NCBI GenBank assembly: GCA_964291395.2
Contig: OZ219856.1
Location: 2,240,001-2,304,000, forward strand
Length of the DNA: 64,000 nt
Direction of reading: 5' to 3'
Source of the DNA: Alphaproteobacteria bacterium
GTDB lineage: Bacteria > Pseudomonadota > Alphaproteobacteria > UBA2966
Below are positions 39,745 through 50,090 of the stretch, piece after piece. Under the pieces are notes generated by a model that saw nothing but the letters and a program-made list of their open reading frames with translations, made no database searches and had not been told where the DNA came from. A program made the position numbers and the translations under genes. Every line of letters begins with the position of its first letter. Positions within the stretch are counted from its first letter, which is position 1.

Positions 39745-40908
39745 CTACGCGCCAACAGACGCGATGCTTTCGTCCGGAACGATTGTCGCCTTGACGCACT
39801 TCATGGCGTCGGCATCGCTGATCGCGGCGGCGATACCTTCTTCGCTGAAGGGGTACTTGGTCTGCATGTCACCGAACGGATAACGATCGCGCGCACGGCG
39901 CAACATGGCGATACCGAGCGCGATGTCATCGGCCGTGAAGGCCCAGCTTCCCAGAATGTTGATGTCCTTGACGCAGAACCGGTGCCAATTCGTCTCGATG
40001 GAACCGGCGTCGGTGAACTGCCCCATTTCGATATAGGTCCCGCCGTCGCGCAACATCTCGATGCCTTCGGGGCCAGCGGAGGGATGCCCACTACAGTCGA
40101 CGACCAAGTCGGCGCCAAACCCGCCGACTATGTCCCGCGTCGCGGCGATACGCGCCTCGGGCGTGATCAATTCCTCGATATTCACCGTCGCCTCGGCACC
40201 AAACTCGCGGCACAATGCAAGGCGAGGCTCTTCGGGGGCGCCGACCACGATCACCCGACCGGCTCCCATCTCCCTGGCTGATACGATCGCCAAGACGCCG
40301 ATCGGGCCGGAGCCCTGAATGACCACGGTATCACCGACCCGAAACGAGCCGATTTCCTGGGCCCGCCTGAACGCGCGGACGCTCGACGTCAGCGGCTCCG
40401 CCAGCGTGCCGATCATCAGAGGCAGGTCGTCCGGCAGCCGGTAGACCTTGGTCCCGGGCAGCATATCGAGATCGAGATAAACCGCTTCGGCCCAGCCGCC
40501 CCAAAGGTGCGGCGCCTCGTCGAAGCCCAGGTAGCGTCCGTAGTAGACCGGTGTCAGGCACTTGTTGGCCTTTTCAGGATAGTGGACGCAGTAATAGCAT
40601 TTCCCGCAGGGCATGAAGGGCGGGATCATGATCTTGCAGCCTATCTCGATGGGATTTCCCATGTAGTCATGGGTAAAGCCGGGTCCCTTCTCCACGACGA
40701 TGCCGGCCACCTCGTGCCCCAACGTAAAGGGCCACGGCAACGGCTTCGGCCAATGACCCTTGAGGATGTGAAGGTCAGTGCCGCAGACGCCGCAGGCCGC
40801 GACTTTCATCAATGCTGCCTTGTCCGGAATCACGGGACGATCGACGGTTCGTATCACGGGATTTGAGCCCGGACCGTCAAACGTCGCCACCCTGACAGTG
40901 TCCATCAC
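39745..40908 (-). CDS. Zinc-binding alcohol dehydrogenase (MDR family)
   Basis: CGTDLH, GHE, structural Zn CGKCYYC...C, GSGPIG. Confidence 0.9.
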   Translation of the reverse strand: MMDTVRVATFDGPGSNPVIRTVDRPVIPDKAALMKVAACGVCGTDLHILKGHWPKPLPWPFTLGHEVAGIVVEKGPGFTHDYMGNPIEIGCKIMIPPFMPCGKCYYCVHYPEKANKCLTPVYYGRYLGFDEAPHLWGGWAEAVYLDLDMLPGTKVYRLPDDLPLMIGTLAEPLTSSVRAFRRAQEIGSFRVGDTVVIQGSGPIGVLAIVSAREMGAGRVIVVGAPEEPRLALCREFGAEATVNIEELITPEARIAATRDIVGGFGADLVVDCSGHPSAGPEGIEMLRDGGTYIEMGQFTDAGSIETNWHRFCVKDINILGSWAFTADDIALGIAMLRRARDRYPFGDMQTKYPFSEEGIAAAISDADAMKCVKATIVPDESIASVGA

Positions 40909-41086
40909 ATCCCCTTTCGGCGTCGCGGTTCTGAGCCCGGGTAACCTTGCCTCGTCGCGCGACGCCGAACGATACCGTACCGTCGCCGCGTGACCGAGAG
41001 GTGCACCGCGTTGTCGCGGCCGTCATCCTGACGTATGAAACACCTCAGCTCAATTCGGCCACACGATTCAAAACCGAGGCAGTCAC

Positions 41087-42253
41087 ATGGCGCTTGCACC
41101 GTCGACCGTCGAAGGCCCGCTTAACGGAATACTCGTCGTCGATCTCACCAGAGTCCTCGCCGGACCCTATTGCACGATGGTGCTCGCCGACCTCGGCGCC
41201 CGGGTCATCAAGGTCGAGGTTCCCGGCCGCGGCGACGACGCCCGTCAGATCGGTCCGTGGTGGTACCATCAGTCGGCCTATTTCATGTCACTCAACCGGG
41301 GCAAGGAAAGCATCGCCCTCGACCTGAAATCCCAAACCGACCGCGGCACATTCGAGCGGCTGCTGGAGGAGGCCGACGTTCTGATTGAAAACTATCGGCC
41401 CGGAACCATGGAGCGGCTGGGGTATTCTTGGGAACTGCTTCACGACACATACCCGCGACTTGTCTACGCGGCGGTATCCGGATTTGGCCAAACCGGCCCC
41501 TACGCGCCGCGGCCCGCCTACGACATGGTCGTTCAGGGTATGGGCGGTATCGTGAGCCTGACTGGGCATCCCGAATCGCCCCCGACACGGGTGGGTACGT
41601 CCGTCGGCGACATCACGGCGGGCCTGTTCGCAAGCATAGGGATCTGTGCGGCTCTCAAGGAGCGCGAGCAAACCGGTGCCGGTCGCATGGTCGACGTCGG
41701 CATGCTCGATTGCCAAGTCGCGATCCTGGAAAATGCGATCGCCCGGTACGTGGCGACGGGAGACGTTCCCAGCCCCTTGGGCGCGCGCCATCCGACGATC
41801 ACGCCGTTCGACTCGTTTGCCACCGCGGATGGCCATATCATCATCGCCGCAGGAAATGATGGCCTGTTTCAGCGCCTTTGCGAAGCCATCGGCAGAACGG
41901 ACCTGTTGGAGGACGACAAATTCATATCCAACCCGGAACGAACCACACACGTCGCTGATCTCAAAATAGAGCTTGAATCGACCCTGCGCGGGCAAGAGAC
42001 GCAACACTGGCTCCCGATACTCGAGGCCGCAGGCGTACCCTGCGGACCCATCAACAACGTCGCCGAAGTCGTACGGGATCCGCACGTGCTCGCACGAAAC
42101 ATGATCGTCGAGGTCGAGGACACGGACGGCTTTCGAGTGGCCGGAAACCCGATCAAATTTTCCGGATTGTCCGATCCCCGGCAACGGGGGGCGGTGCCGG
42201 ATCTCGATTCAGGACGAGGAGACATTTTGCGTGAGCTTGGGCTCGAGACATAA
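41087..42253 (+). CDS. Class III CoA-transferase (CaiB/BaiF family)
   Basis: DLTRVLAGP, LNRGKES, ENYRPG, catalytic Asp in SVGDIT. Confidence 0.92.
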   Translation: MALAPSTVEGPLNGILVVDLTRVLAGPYCTMVLADLGARVIKVEVPGRGDDARQIGPWWYHQSAYFMSLNRGKESIALDLKSQTDRGTFERLLEEADVLIENYRPGTMERLGYSWELLHDTYPRLVYAAVSGFGQTGPYAPRPAYDMVVQGMGGIVSLTGHPESPPTRVGTSVGDITAGLFASIGICAALKEREQTGAGRMVDVGMLDCQVAILENAIARYVATGDVPSPLGARHPTITPFDSFATADGHIIIAAGNDGLFQRLCEAIGRTDLLEDDKFISNPERTTHVADLKIELESTLRGQETQHWLPILEAAGVPCGPINNVAEVVRDPHVLARNMIVEVEDTDGFRVAGNPIKFSGLSDPRQRGAVPDLDSGRGDILRELGLET

Positions 42254-42258
42254 GCGCC

Positions 42259-43140
42259 TTAGTCGTATCGACGATCCCACAGCGTGATCAGACTGGTGCT
42301 TTCCCACCTGTCCCGCCCTCGAGCCTTCGCCGCGACATAAAACTGGGCGATCAGTGACGTGATCGGCAGTGATATCCCGTGGCGACGGGCCTCGTTGAGG
42401 CAAATGCCCAGGTCCTTCGTCATGTTAGAGGTGCCACCATCGGAGTCGTCCAGCGTGGCCGTCGCCATTCGCGCCCCACGATTGTCGAGCCACCAGGACT
42501 GTGCCGACCCCTGACCGAGCAGCCTGAGCACCTTCTCCATGTCGAGACCGGTTTCCTGGCCCATGACGATACCTTCCGCCAACCCCTGCATGTTGGCGGA
42601 GATCATGATCTGATTGACCATCTTGGTCAGCTGTCCATGGCCGTTCGGCCCCATCAGTTCGGCCGCCTTGGCATACGCATCCAGGAACGGTTCGGCTTTC
42701 CGGAATCCCTCCTCGGCCCCCCCGATCATCACCGTCAACTGGCCGGCTTTGGAAGCCTCCTCGGCACCGGCCACCGGGGCATCCAGATAGAAGAAACCGC
42801 GCTTGTCCGCTTCTGATCCCAGCAGCTCGGCCGTCTCCGCGCTCGCCGTCGTATGATCGGCCCATACGGCACCCGGCGTCATGGCTTCAAACGCTCCATC
42901 ATCCCCGAGTGAAATCTCCCTGACGTCGTCGTCGCCGAAGACGCAAACCCCAACGTAGGCGGCGCCCGTGACGGCGTCTGCCGGGCTGGTTGCCACGCGA
43001 CCACCGTATTTCGAGACAAACGCCTCGGCTTTGGAACGCGTGCGGTTATAGACCGATACGTCGTGACCCGCCTTGGCGAGATGCATGGCCATGGGGCCGC
43101 CCATGTGCCCCAATCCAATGTAGCCGACCTTGCTGCTCAA
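42259..43140 (-). CDS. Beta-hydroxyacid dehydrogenase (3-hydroxyisobutyrate dehydrogenase family)
   Basis: GYIGLGHMG, YNRT, LDAPV.G, KMVNQ, KDLG. Confidence 0.9.
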   Translation of the reverse strand: MSSKVGYIGLGHMGGPMAMHLAKAGHDVSVYNRTRSKAEAFVSKYGGRVATSPADAVTGAAYVGVCVFGDDDVREISLGDDGAFEAMTPGAVWADHTTASAETAELLGSEADKRGFFYLDAPVAGAEEASKAGQLTVMIGGAEEGFRKAEPFLDAYAKAAELMGPNGHGQLTKMVNQIMISANMQGLAEGIVMGQETGLDMEKVLRLLGQGSAQSWWLDNRGARMATATLDDSDGGTSNMTKDLGICLNEARRHGISLPITSLIAQFYVAAKARGRDRWESTSLITLWDRRYD

Positions 43141-43234
43141 GAGTTTGCCCTCCGTCCCTTGATCGTCCTTCCGGGCGGTCGCGCGTTCCGGACGTCGACC
43201 CGCCGTTTCCGTGCCGTCGCGCCCGTACGGTCCG

Positions 43235-45658
43235 CTACCGTTCGAAGGCCTTGGCCGGGGTAAACCGTGATTCGGTCAGGGGCAACGCGCCGAACGATGT
43301 CGAGACTCGCTCCTCGGCCGCCGCCGTGTACAACGTCGTTCTCTGGGCAGGGGTCCGCCCCAGGTCACGAATCAGTGCTTCCATCCGCTCGGGCGGCATC
43401 TCTTGGCCATGGGATGCTCCAGCCGCCCGGCTGATGCTCTCATTCATGAGCGTGCCCCCGAGATCGTTGGCGCCGGCCTCGAGACAGGCTTTGGCCCCTC
43501 GAGGCCCCATCTTCACCCATGAAACCTGAATGTTGACGATGTGAGGGTTGAGCGCGAGACGCGCGACCGCATGCATCAGAATCGCCTCTCTCGAGGTGGG
43601 ACCGCGCCTGGCCCGCCCTTTGAGATAGATAGGCGCTTCCATGTGCACGAACGGGAGCGGAACGAATTCGGTGAATCCGCCGCTCTCAGCTTGCAGCGAC
43701 CGGAGGCGTATCAGGTGACGCGCCCAGTGCCGGTAACCCTCGACATGTCCGAACATGATCGTCGAGGTCGAGCGCAGCCCGAGCCGGTGGGCCGTCCGCA
43801 TGACATCCAGCCACTCCCCTGTCGTGACCTTGTCGGGGCAGATAACGTCCCGAACCTCGTCGTCGAGGATCTCCGCCGCCGTACCCGGCAACGTTCCCAA
43901 CCCCGCCTCGATCAACCGCTCAAGATATTCGGGAACCCCGGTTTCCAACGTGCTCGCCCCTTGCACGATCTCCAGGGGCGTGAAGGCGTGCACGTGGATC
44001 CCCGGCGCGGCGTCCTTGGCGGTCTTGCAAATGTCAAGGTAGGTCCGGCCGGTGTAGCTTGGGTGAATACCGCCCTGCATGCAGACCTCGGTGGCGCCGC
44101 GATCCCACGCCTCGGCCGTGCGCCGCGCTATCTCATCGAGGTCGACGACATAGGGCCGGCCACGCAGGCTCTCGCTGAGCTTACCCTTCGAGAAGGCGCA
44201 GAACTGGCAGCGGAAAGAACACACGTTCGTATAGTTGATGTTTCGATTTACCGCGTACGTCACGGTATCACCCACGGTCTCCCGTCGAAGGGAGTCCGCC
44301 GACCGGCAGACCGCCTCGAACTCGGCTCCGCGAGTGCCGAACAGCTGCACGATTTCGTCTTCGGTCAACCCGTCCCCGCGTTTGCCGCGCGCCAGTATCC
44401 GGTCGATCCCGGACGTGATTCGGGCCGTCACGGGACCCATGCTCTCGCATCGGATATCGATTCGCAGCGGCTCCGTCGTCCCGGGCGACCACGGATCCGT
44501 TCTGGCGAGACCCGCCGCATCGATGGAGCGGGTGACAGCCGGCCGGAACTTTGGCGCCAGCCACCGGCCGGCGTTCACCGCGTAGGCCGGGTAGATCGCC
44601 AACCGCTCGACAAGCTCCTTACCGCAAGCGCGCGTCCGGCCGGCCAACCGGTCGAGGTGCGGCCACGGCGCTTCGGGATTCACGAAATCAGGGGTTACGG
44701 GCGAAACGCCCCCCCAATCGTTGATGCCGGCCGCGATGAGGCGCGACGTGATCCCGGGACTCAGGTTGGGCGGTGCCTGGATGTTGGCATGCGGCCCCAA
44801 GATCAACCGGGCCATGGCCACGGTCCAGAGGAGCTCCTCCGCAGCGGGTTCGGGCGCGTCCGCCATGCGCGTATCCGGCTTGGCACGGAAATTCTGGACG
44901 ATGACTTCCTGGATGTGATCGAACGAGTCGTGCAGATCGCGGATCGCCAACAGCGTGTCGATGCGTTCCTCGCGAGTCTCGCCGATCCCGATCAGGATTC
45001 CCGTCGTCATCGGCACCGATGCTTCCCCCGCCATTCTCAACGTTTCGAGCCGCACAGCCGGCTTCTTGTCGGGCGAACCATGGTGCGGCCCGCCCTTCTC
45101 GCAAAGCCGTTCCGACGCACTTTCCAGCATCAAGCCTTGAGAAACGGACACTTCGCGCAGGGCCACGATGTCGTCGTGGCTCATGACGCCGGGATTGACG
45201 TGGGGCAACAAGCCCGTCTCGTCGAAGACGAGCTTCGCGACTTCCGCCAGATACGACAGCGTCGTCGCGTGCCCCAACTCGTCGAGGGCGCGGCGAGCCG
45301 CGCCGTACCGCAACTCCGGCTTGTCACCGAGCGTGAACAACGCCTCCTTGCAGCCCGCCTCGACGCCCTTTCGCGCGACCGCCAGCACCTCGTTCCAGGA
45401 CATGTAAACGACGGCACCTTTTCGCGGCGGCTCGGCGAACGTGCAGTAATGGCAGACGTCCCGGCAGAGATGGGTCAACGGTATGAAGACCTTGCGCGAA
45501 TACGAGACGATTCCGCCGTGGCCCTCATCGCGCAGGTCGGCAGCAACTCCCATGAGCTCGGGAAGAGGCACGCTCGCACCGACAGCGAGCGCGCCGTCGC
45601 GATCGAGAGCCGTTCCCAGCCGCGACCGATCCAGGAGATAGCGGGAATGCGGAGTCAC
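43235..45658 (-). CDS. fbiC: Bifunctional FO synthase (CofG-CofH fusion)
   Basis: Two radical-SAM motifs, CRDVCHYC and CSFRCQFC; SYSRKVFIPLT, DWGGVSP, PGTAAEIL, DLGGTLMNESISR; GTGA overlap with cofC. Confidence 0.95.
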   Translation of the reverse strand: MTPHSRYLLDRSRLGTALDRDGALAVGASVPLPELMGVAADLRDEGHGGIVSYSRKVFIPLTHLCRDVCHYCTFAEPPRKGAVVYMSWNEVLAVARKGVEAGCKEALFTLGDKPELRYGAARRALDELGHATTLSYLAEVAKLVFDETGLLPHVNPGVMSHDDIVALREVSVSQGLMLESASERLCEKGGPHHGSPDKKPAVRLETLRMAGEASVPMTTGILIGIGETREERIDTLLAIRDLHDSFDHIQEVIVQNFRAKPDTRMADAPEPAAEELLWTVAMARLILGPHANIQAPPNLSPGITSRLIAAGINDWGGVSPVTPDFVNPEAPWPHLDRLAGRTRACGKELVERLAIYPAYAVNAGRWLAPKFRPAVTRSIDAAGLARTDPWSPGTTEPLRIDIRCESMGPVTARITSGIDRILARGKRGDGLTEDEIVQLFGTRGAEFEAVCRSADSLRRETVGDTVTYAVNRNINYTNVCSFRCQFCAFSKGKLSESLRGRPYVVDLDEIARRTAEAWDRGATEVCMQGGIHPSYTGRTYLDICKTAKDAAPGIHVHAFTPLEIVQGASTLETGVPEYLERLIEAGLGTLPGTAAEILDDEVRDVICPDKVTTGEWLDVMRTAHRLGLRSTSTIMFGHVEGYRHWARHLIRLRSLQAESGGFTEFVPLPFVHMEAPIYLKGRARRGPTSREAILMHAVARLALNPHIVNIQVSWVKMGPRGAKACLEAGANDLGGTLMNESISRAAGASHGQEMPPERMEALIRDLGRTPAQRTTLYTAAAEERVSTSFGALPLTESRFTPAKAFER

Positions 45659-46365
45659 TTCGTCGCCCCGACAGCCACGGCGCTCCCTTGCGGCCCCACG
45701 GCGGTACCGCCGAGCCATCGGTGGAAACGGCCCGGCACACCGGCGTCCGCCAGGAATTCCTGCGCGCGGGTACGGGTGGGTTCACGCATCAAGAAATCGA
45801 GATCATCCGACGTATCGACATCGAGGGCGAGATTGGGCAGCTCGATCGTGAGCGGCGAGATTCCGGCCTCGCGCGCGGCATCGAGGTGCGGATAAAAGCT
45901 ATTCCTACCGAATCTCAAGGTCACGCATCCCGGGGGCGATAGAACGACGCAATTCGAGCCCCGATGGTCTCGCGCCGGGACGATCGTCATCGCGGGCGCG
46001 TCGCCATGTGCCGCTACCACGGACCGAACGTCGCGCGGCAGAACCAGGGGCACGTCACCAGGGACGGTCAGGACATCCTTTACGCCCTCGTCCTTCAAGA
46101 CTCGGTTCGCCGACACGACGGCAACCGTTTGCCCTTCGTTCCGCGGCTCCGTGAGGATCCGTGCTCCGAGGTCGGCGCACAACTCCTTTGCTTCTGCATC
46201 GCGCGTGATCACCGCGACTCCCTCGAGCTCCGAAACCGCGAGGAGGGTTCGCAGCACGTCCTCGGCCATGATCCTCGCCAGAGCGCGACGCTCGGACGGA
46301 CTCAGGATGCGCGACAGGCGCTCCTTGGCATTCGTGAAGTCCTTGATGGGGACTACAGCCCACAT
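45655..46365 (-). CDS. cofC: 2-phospho-L-lactate/PEP guanylyltransferase
   Basis: AVVPIK...AKERLS, PGDVP, RFG..SF..H, ALDVDT; operon context. Confidence 0.92.
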   Translation of the reverse strand: MWAVVPIKDFTNAKERLSRILSPSERRALARIMAEDVLRTLLAVSELEGVAVITRDAEAKELCADLGARILTEPRNEGQTVAVVSANRVLKDEGVKDVLTVPGDVPLVLPRDVRSVVAAHGDAPAMTIVPARDHRGSNCVVLSPPGCVTLRFGRNSFYPHLDAAREAGISPLTIELPNLALDVDTSDDLDFLMREPTRTRAQEFLADAGVPGRFHRWLGGTAVGPQGSAVAVGATK

Positions 46366-46374
46366 GATCGAACG

Positions 46375-47391
46375 CTATCGGGAAGCACGGCCGCCGCCGC
46401 TCGGCCTTGATATTTGATCGCAGAATTCAAGCACGTCGCGGGCGAGCATAACCCGATCATCGAGAGAGTCCATCATCGTGTTCGTGGTCAACGCGTCGAT
46501 TCCCAATGCCTTCACCCGCGAGGCCAATTTCGCGTCCGCCGTGTCGAGAACGAAACCGTCGACGAAGTCCTCATAATGGAGTGCGATGGCCACCGGCGAG
46601 ACTTCGACATCCAATTCGCGCATCATTTTTGCCGTGGGGCCCTTGATCGAGTCCCCCCCGACGATCGGGGTCACCGCGACAACGGGCGCTCGGCACATGC
46701 GCAACGCCCCGCGAATTCCCGGAACCGCGAGTATGGGATCGATGCTGACGAACGGGTTGGACGGTGCCACGATCACCGCGCGCAACCCTTCGACGGCAAG
46801 GGCATCCAAAAGCTCGGCACTGGCTGCCGCGGTCTCCGCGCCGTCATAATCGAACCTCCGGACTACGGGTTGGCAGCGGTCACGCACGAAGTAGTGCTGG
46901 AAAGGCAGCCGGCTTTCGACCGTCTCGACAACCGTAGAGACCGGATCGTCGCTCATGGGCAGAATCCGCGCCGCCACACCGAGGCGCCGACAGACGTCGC
47001 GTGTGATGGAGCTCAAGCGCTCGCCAGCGGCGAGACGCCGCGTCCGCGCCACATGCATGGCGAGATCCTTGTCGCCCAGGAAAAACCAAGTGTCCTCGCC
47101 CAAAGCCTCGATCGCCTCCATGAAGTTTCCCGACTCCCCTGCCCGGCCCCACCCGGTGTCGGGGTTGTCGAGGCCTGAAAGTGTGTAGACGAGCGTGTCG
47201 ATGTCCGGACACACCCGGAGGCCCAGATGATCGAAATCGTCACCGGTGTTTGCCACGATCGTGAGAGCCGCAGAATTCACGAAATGTGACAGGCCGAGCA
47301 CGAGTTTGGCCCCTCCGACGCCGCCAGAGAGGACGACGACCGGCGCGGAGTCCGGCGGACGATTCCGGGCGGGCATCCGTCCAGCCGTCAC
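46375..47391 (-). CDS. cofD: 2-phospho-L-lactate transferase
   Basis: LSGGVGGAKL, NTGDD, PDIDT, WFFLGDKD, PSNPFVSI, IKGPTAKMM. Confidence 0.95.
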   Translation of the reverse strand: MTAGRMPARNRPPDSAPVVVLSGGVGGAKLVLGLSHFVNSAALTIVANTGDDFDHLGLRVCPDIDTLVYTLSGLDNPDTGWGRAGESGNFMEAIEALGEDTWFFLGDKDLAMHVARTRRLAAGERLSSITRDVCRRLGVAARILPMSDDPVSTVVETVESRLPFQHYFVRDRCQPVVRRFDYDGAETAAASAELLDALAVEGLRAVIVAPSNPFVSIDPILAVPGIRGALRMCRAPVVAVTPIVGGDSIKGPTAKMMRELDVEVSPVAIALHYEDFVDGFVLDTADAKLASRVKALGIDALTTNTMMDSLDDRVMLARDVLEFCDQISRPSGGGRASR

Positions 47392-48158
47392 CGGAACAGA
47401 TCTTCCTCGGAATCCCGAATGAGCGCGCCGGCATCCGTCGGCGAGCCGGAAAAGGTCATCCCGCGGACGACGACAAATGGCGTTCCCTCGTCGGCCTGCC
47501 CTTGCAGAAGGGAGGCCGCGGAGGCGATTTCGTCCGCCAAACCAATCTGCGTCACCTCCAAGGGACGTCCGAAGAGATCTTCCCGACCACGGATGTCCAT
47601 CAGGGCCGGTAGCCCCGAGGACCCGAGAGCCACGCCCGTCGTGCCATTGCGCCACGCGCGGCCCAGACTGTCGTTGATGACGACCGCGACGGTCGCTCCA
47701 CCGAGATCATGCAGCCCTTGCCGGATGCGTTCGCAACTCGCGTTGGGATCCTCGGGCAGGAGAAGAACCCTTTCGCCCTCCTTCTCCGGTCCCACGTTGG
47801 AGCGGTCGATGCCAGCGTTGGCGAGGACAAATCCCAATCGATGCACGACGATCAGGACCCCTTGGCGATAACGCAAGACACGATCGCTCTCCGACAGAAT
47901 CAGCTCTACGAGTCGGGCGTCCTTGTCGGTTTCCCGTGCCAGCCCGAGCGCCTTTTCCGAGGGCGTCACTTCGTCAAGCACGAAAAACCGGTTCTCCGAC
48001 TTGGAGACGACTTTCTGAGCGATGACGACGACATCGCCGTCCCGCAAGGACTCGTTCGCGTGTGCAATACCTTCCGCGATCAGGGCAGCGATGTCGTCGC
48101 CGGGTTCCACCAGGGGAACGCCCGGCAAAGCGAACAGACTGAGAGAGAGAGGAGCCAC
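47388..48158 (-). CDS. cofE: Coenzyme F420-0:L-glutamate ligase (single domain, no nitroreductase fusion)
   Basis: PGDD, QKVVSKSE, ANAGIDRSN, DSLGRAWR, D.FGR.L. Confidence 0.93.
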   Translation of the reverse strand: MAPLSLSLFALPGVPLVEPGDDIAALIAEGIAHANESLRDGDVVVIAQKVVSKSENRFFVLDEVTPSEKALGLARETDKDARLVELILSESDRVLRYRQGVLIVVHRLGFVLANAGIDRSNVGPEKEGERVLLLPEDPNASCERIRQGLHDLGGATVAVVINDSLGRAWRNGTTGVALGSSGLPALMDIRGREDLFGRPLEVTQIGLADEIASAASLLQGQADEGTPFVVVRGMTFSGSPTDAGALIRDSEEDLFR

Positions 48159-48176
48159 GTGGCTGCGACCCCGCAA

Positions 48177-48860
48177 CTATTGATCGGCGTCGCCACGGGA
48201 CTCGCCGGTAATCCGAATTCCGGCACCGTCGATCTCGTAGGTTCTGTTCAGGAAGATCAGCACCGATGTCAGGGCCTCGGCCACTGCCGAGTTGTCCACG
48301 GGGCCCGCATGCCAACCCTTCATGCCGGCGGCTTCGACGAGTTCGAGCACCGTTTCACGTGCCGCCTTGTCGTTGCCGCTGACCAGGACGTCGCAATCGA
48401 TATCGTGCTCGATATTGGCCAAGTGGCCGGCCGCGACATTTTGAAAGGCTGAGACCACGCGTACATCCTCACCGAGAAACTCCTGCGATCTGCCCGCCGC
48501 AGACCCTTCGGGCGGCAACTGCACCCGGCTCACCTTGGGTGGCACGAGAGGTACCGTGACATCCACGAAAATCTTGCCTTGAACCGCGTCCTTGACGGTC
48601 TTGAGCATGACATGGTGATTGGCGAAGGGAACCGTGAGGACGACGATATCGGCGGCCGTCGCCGCCTCTACGTTTTCCAGTCCGCGCACAGTGCCCGAGA
48701 ACCCAAACTCCGTCAGTTTGTTGGCTGCGTCCTCCGCCTTCTCCCTGGTACGAGAGCCGATGGTAATGTCGTAACCTGCGTTGAGCCAACGGACGGCGAG
48801 ACCCCATCCGAGGTCGCCAGTGCCGCCGAGTATCGCGAGGGTGGGTCCGGTATCAGTCAT
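48177..48860 (-). CDS. npdG: NADPH-dependent F420 reductase (Fno)
   Basis: GGTGDLG, IGSR, VVSAFQNVAA, EALTSVLI; heads the cof operon. Confidence 0.92.
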   Translation of the reverse strand: MTDTGPTLAILGGTGDLGWGLAVRWLNAGYDITIGSRTREKAEDAANKLTEFGFSGTVRGLENVEAATAADIVVLTVPFANHHVMLKTVKDAVQGKIFVDVTVPLVPPKVSRVQLPPEGSAAGRSQEFLGEDVRVVSAFQNVAAGHLANIEHDIDCDVLVSGNDKAARETVLELVEAAGMKGWHAGPVDNSAVAEALTSVLIFLNRTYEIDGAGIRITGESRGDADQ

Positions 48861-49060
48861 TTCGTCTCCATGCCCAGTCAGCGCGGTGCCGACTTCTAGC
48901 ATCCCGGCACGGTCCGGAACACACCGGCGACGCCTCCCGATTCATCGGGGTCGGGCTTGGAGGCCAGCCCCATGCTACAGTCACGGCCACGAGGGCGGGA
49001 CCTTCCCTTACCAACGGGGGACGGACGATTCGGAATGCCTACGGTTTGAAGGACGACGAC

Positions 49061-50044
49061 ATGGAATTCGGCTTTTACCTCCCGACGCGCGGACCACTCA
49101 GCACACCCGAGCACATGACGGCGCTGGCCACCAGGGGCGAGGAGCTGGGCTACGGCTACATCGCCGTGACTGATCACGTCGTCGTGCCGCGCAGCGTGGA
49201 GTCCAGATACCCTTATACCGACCAGGGCGACTGGCCCGCGGCACGGTTCGGTGATTTCCACGACCAATTGACGGTTCTCGCCTATCTCGCCGGACAAACC
49301 AGCACGGCCCGCCTCCTGACTTCGGTCATGGTCGCGCCACATCGGGCACCGGTGCTCGCGGCAAAGATGTTGTCCACGATCGATGTCTTGTCACATGGTC
49401 GCCTCACGGTTGGCGTCGGCGCGGGTTGGTGCAAGGAGGAGTTCGAGGCAGTGGGGGCGCCACCGCATGCCGAGCGCGGCAAGGTCACCGACGAATATGT
49501 CCGCGTGTTCAGGGAACTTTGGAGCGCCGATGACCCGGAATTCCACGGCGACTACGCGGACTTCGCTGATATCACGTGCCTCCCCCGTCCCATCCAGCGG
49601 CCGGGACCGCCGATCTGGGTGGGGGGCGAAAGCAAGCCTGCCCTGCGTCGTGTCGTCCGGGTCGGCGACGGCTGGCTTCCCATCGCTCACAATCCGAACT
49701 TCCCCCTCGACACCCGTGAACGCTACGAGACGGCCCTGGGCGATTTGGGACGTCTCGCCGAAGATGCGGGAAGGAGCATAGACGACATCGAACTCGCCTT
49801 TTTCATCATGCAGTGGGGATCGGAACCCAGCGATCCCTTGCCGCCGATGGGCACGAACGGTCCGGCGACGGACGGGAACCGCCGCCTCATGACGGGGTCG
49901 GCGGAGCAGATGGCGGCGGACGTCAAGGCGTTGGAACGACTCGGCGTCACGGCGCTCACGCTGAGCTTCGAACGCTCGGGCCTTTCCGAAACCATGGATT
50001 GCATGGAAGCGTTCGCCCGCGACATCATCCCGCTTGCAGCCTAG
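49061..50044 (+). CDS. LLM class F420-dependent oxidoreductase
   Basis: DHVVVP, TSVMVAPHR, D.LSHGR, GAGW..EE, PPIWVGG; divergent from the cof operon. Confidence 0.88.
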   Translation: MEFGFYLPTRGPLSTPEHMTALATRGEELGYGYIAVTDHVVVPRSVESRYPYTDQGDWPAARFGDFHDQLTVLAYLAGQTSTARLLTSVMVAPHRAPVLAAKMLSTIDVLSHGRLTVGVGAGWCKEEFEAVGAPPHAERGKVTDEYVRVFRELWSADDPEFHGDYADFADITCLPRPIQRPGPPIWVGGESKPALRRVVRVGDGWLPIAHNPNFPLDTRERYETALGDLGRLAEDAGRSIDDIELAFFIMQWGSEPSDPLPPMGTNGPATDGNRRLMTGSAEQMAADVKALERLGVTALTLSFERSGLSETMDCMEAFARDIIPLAA

Positions 50045-50090
50045 ACGGCAGGCGCTCAAGGCCGCCGAAGCGCAGGACGGGGAGACCTGT

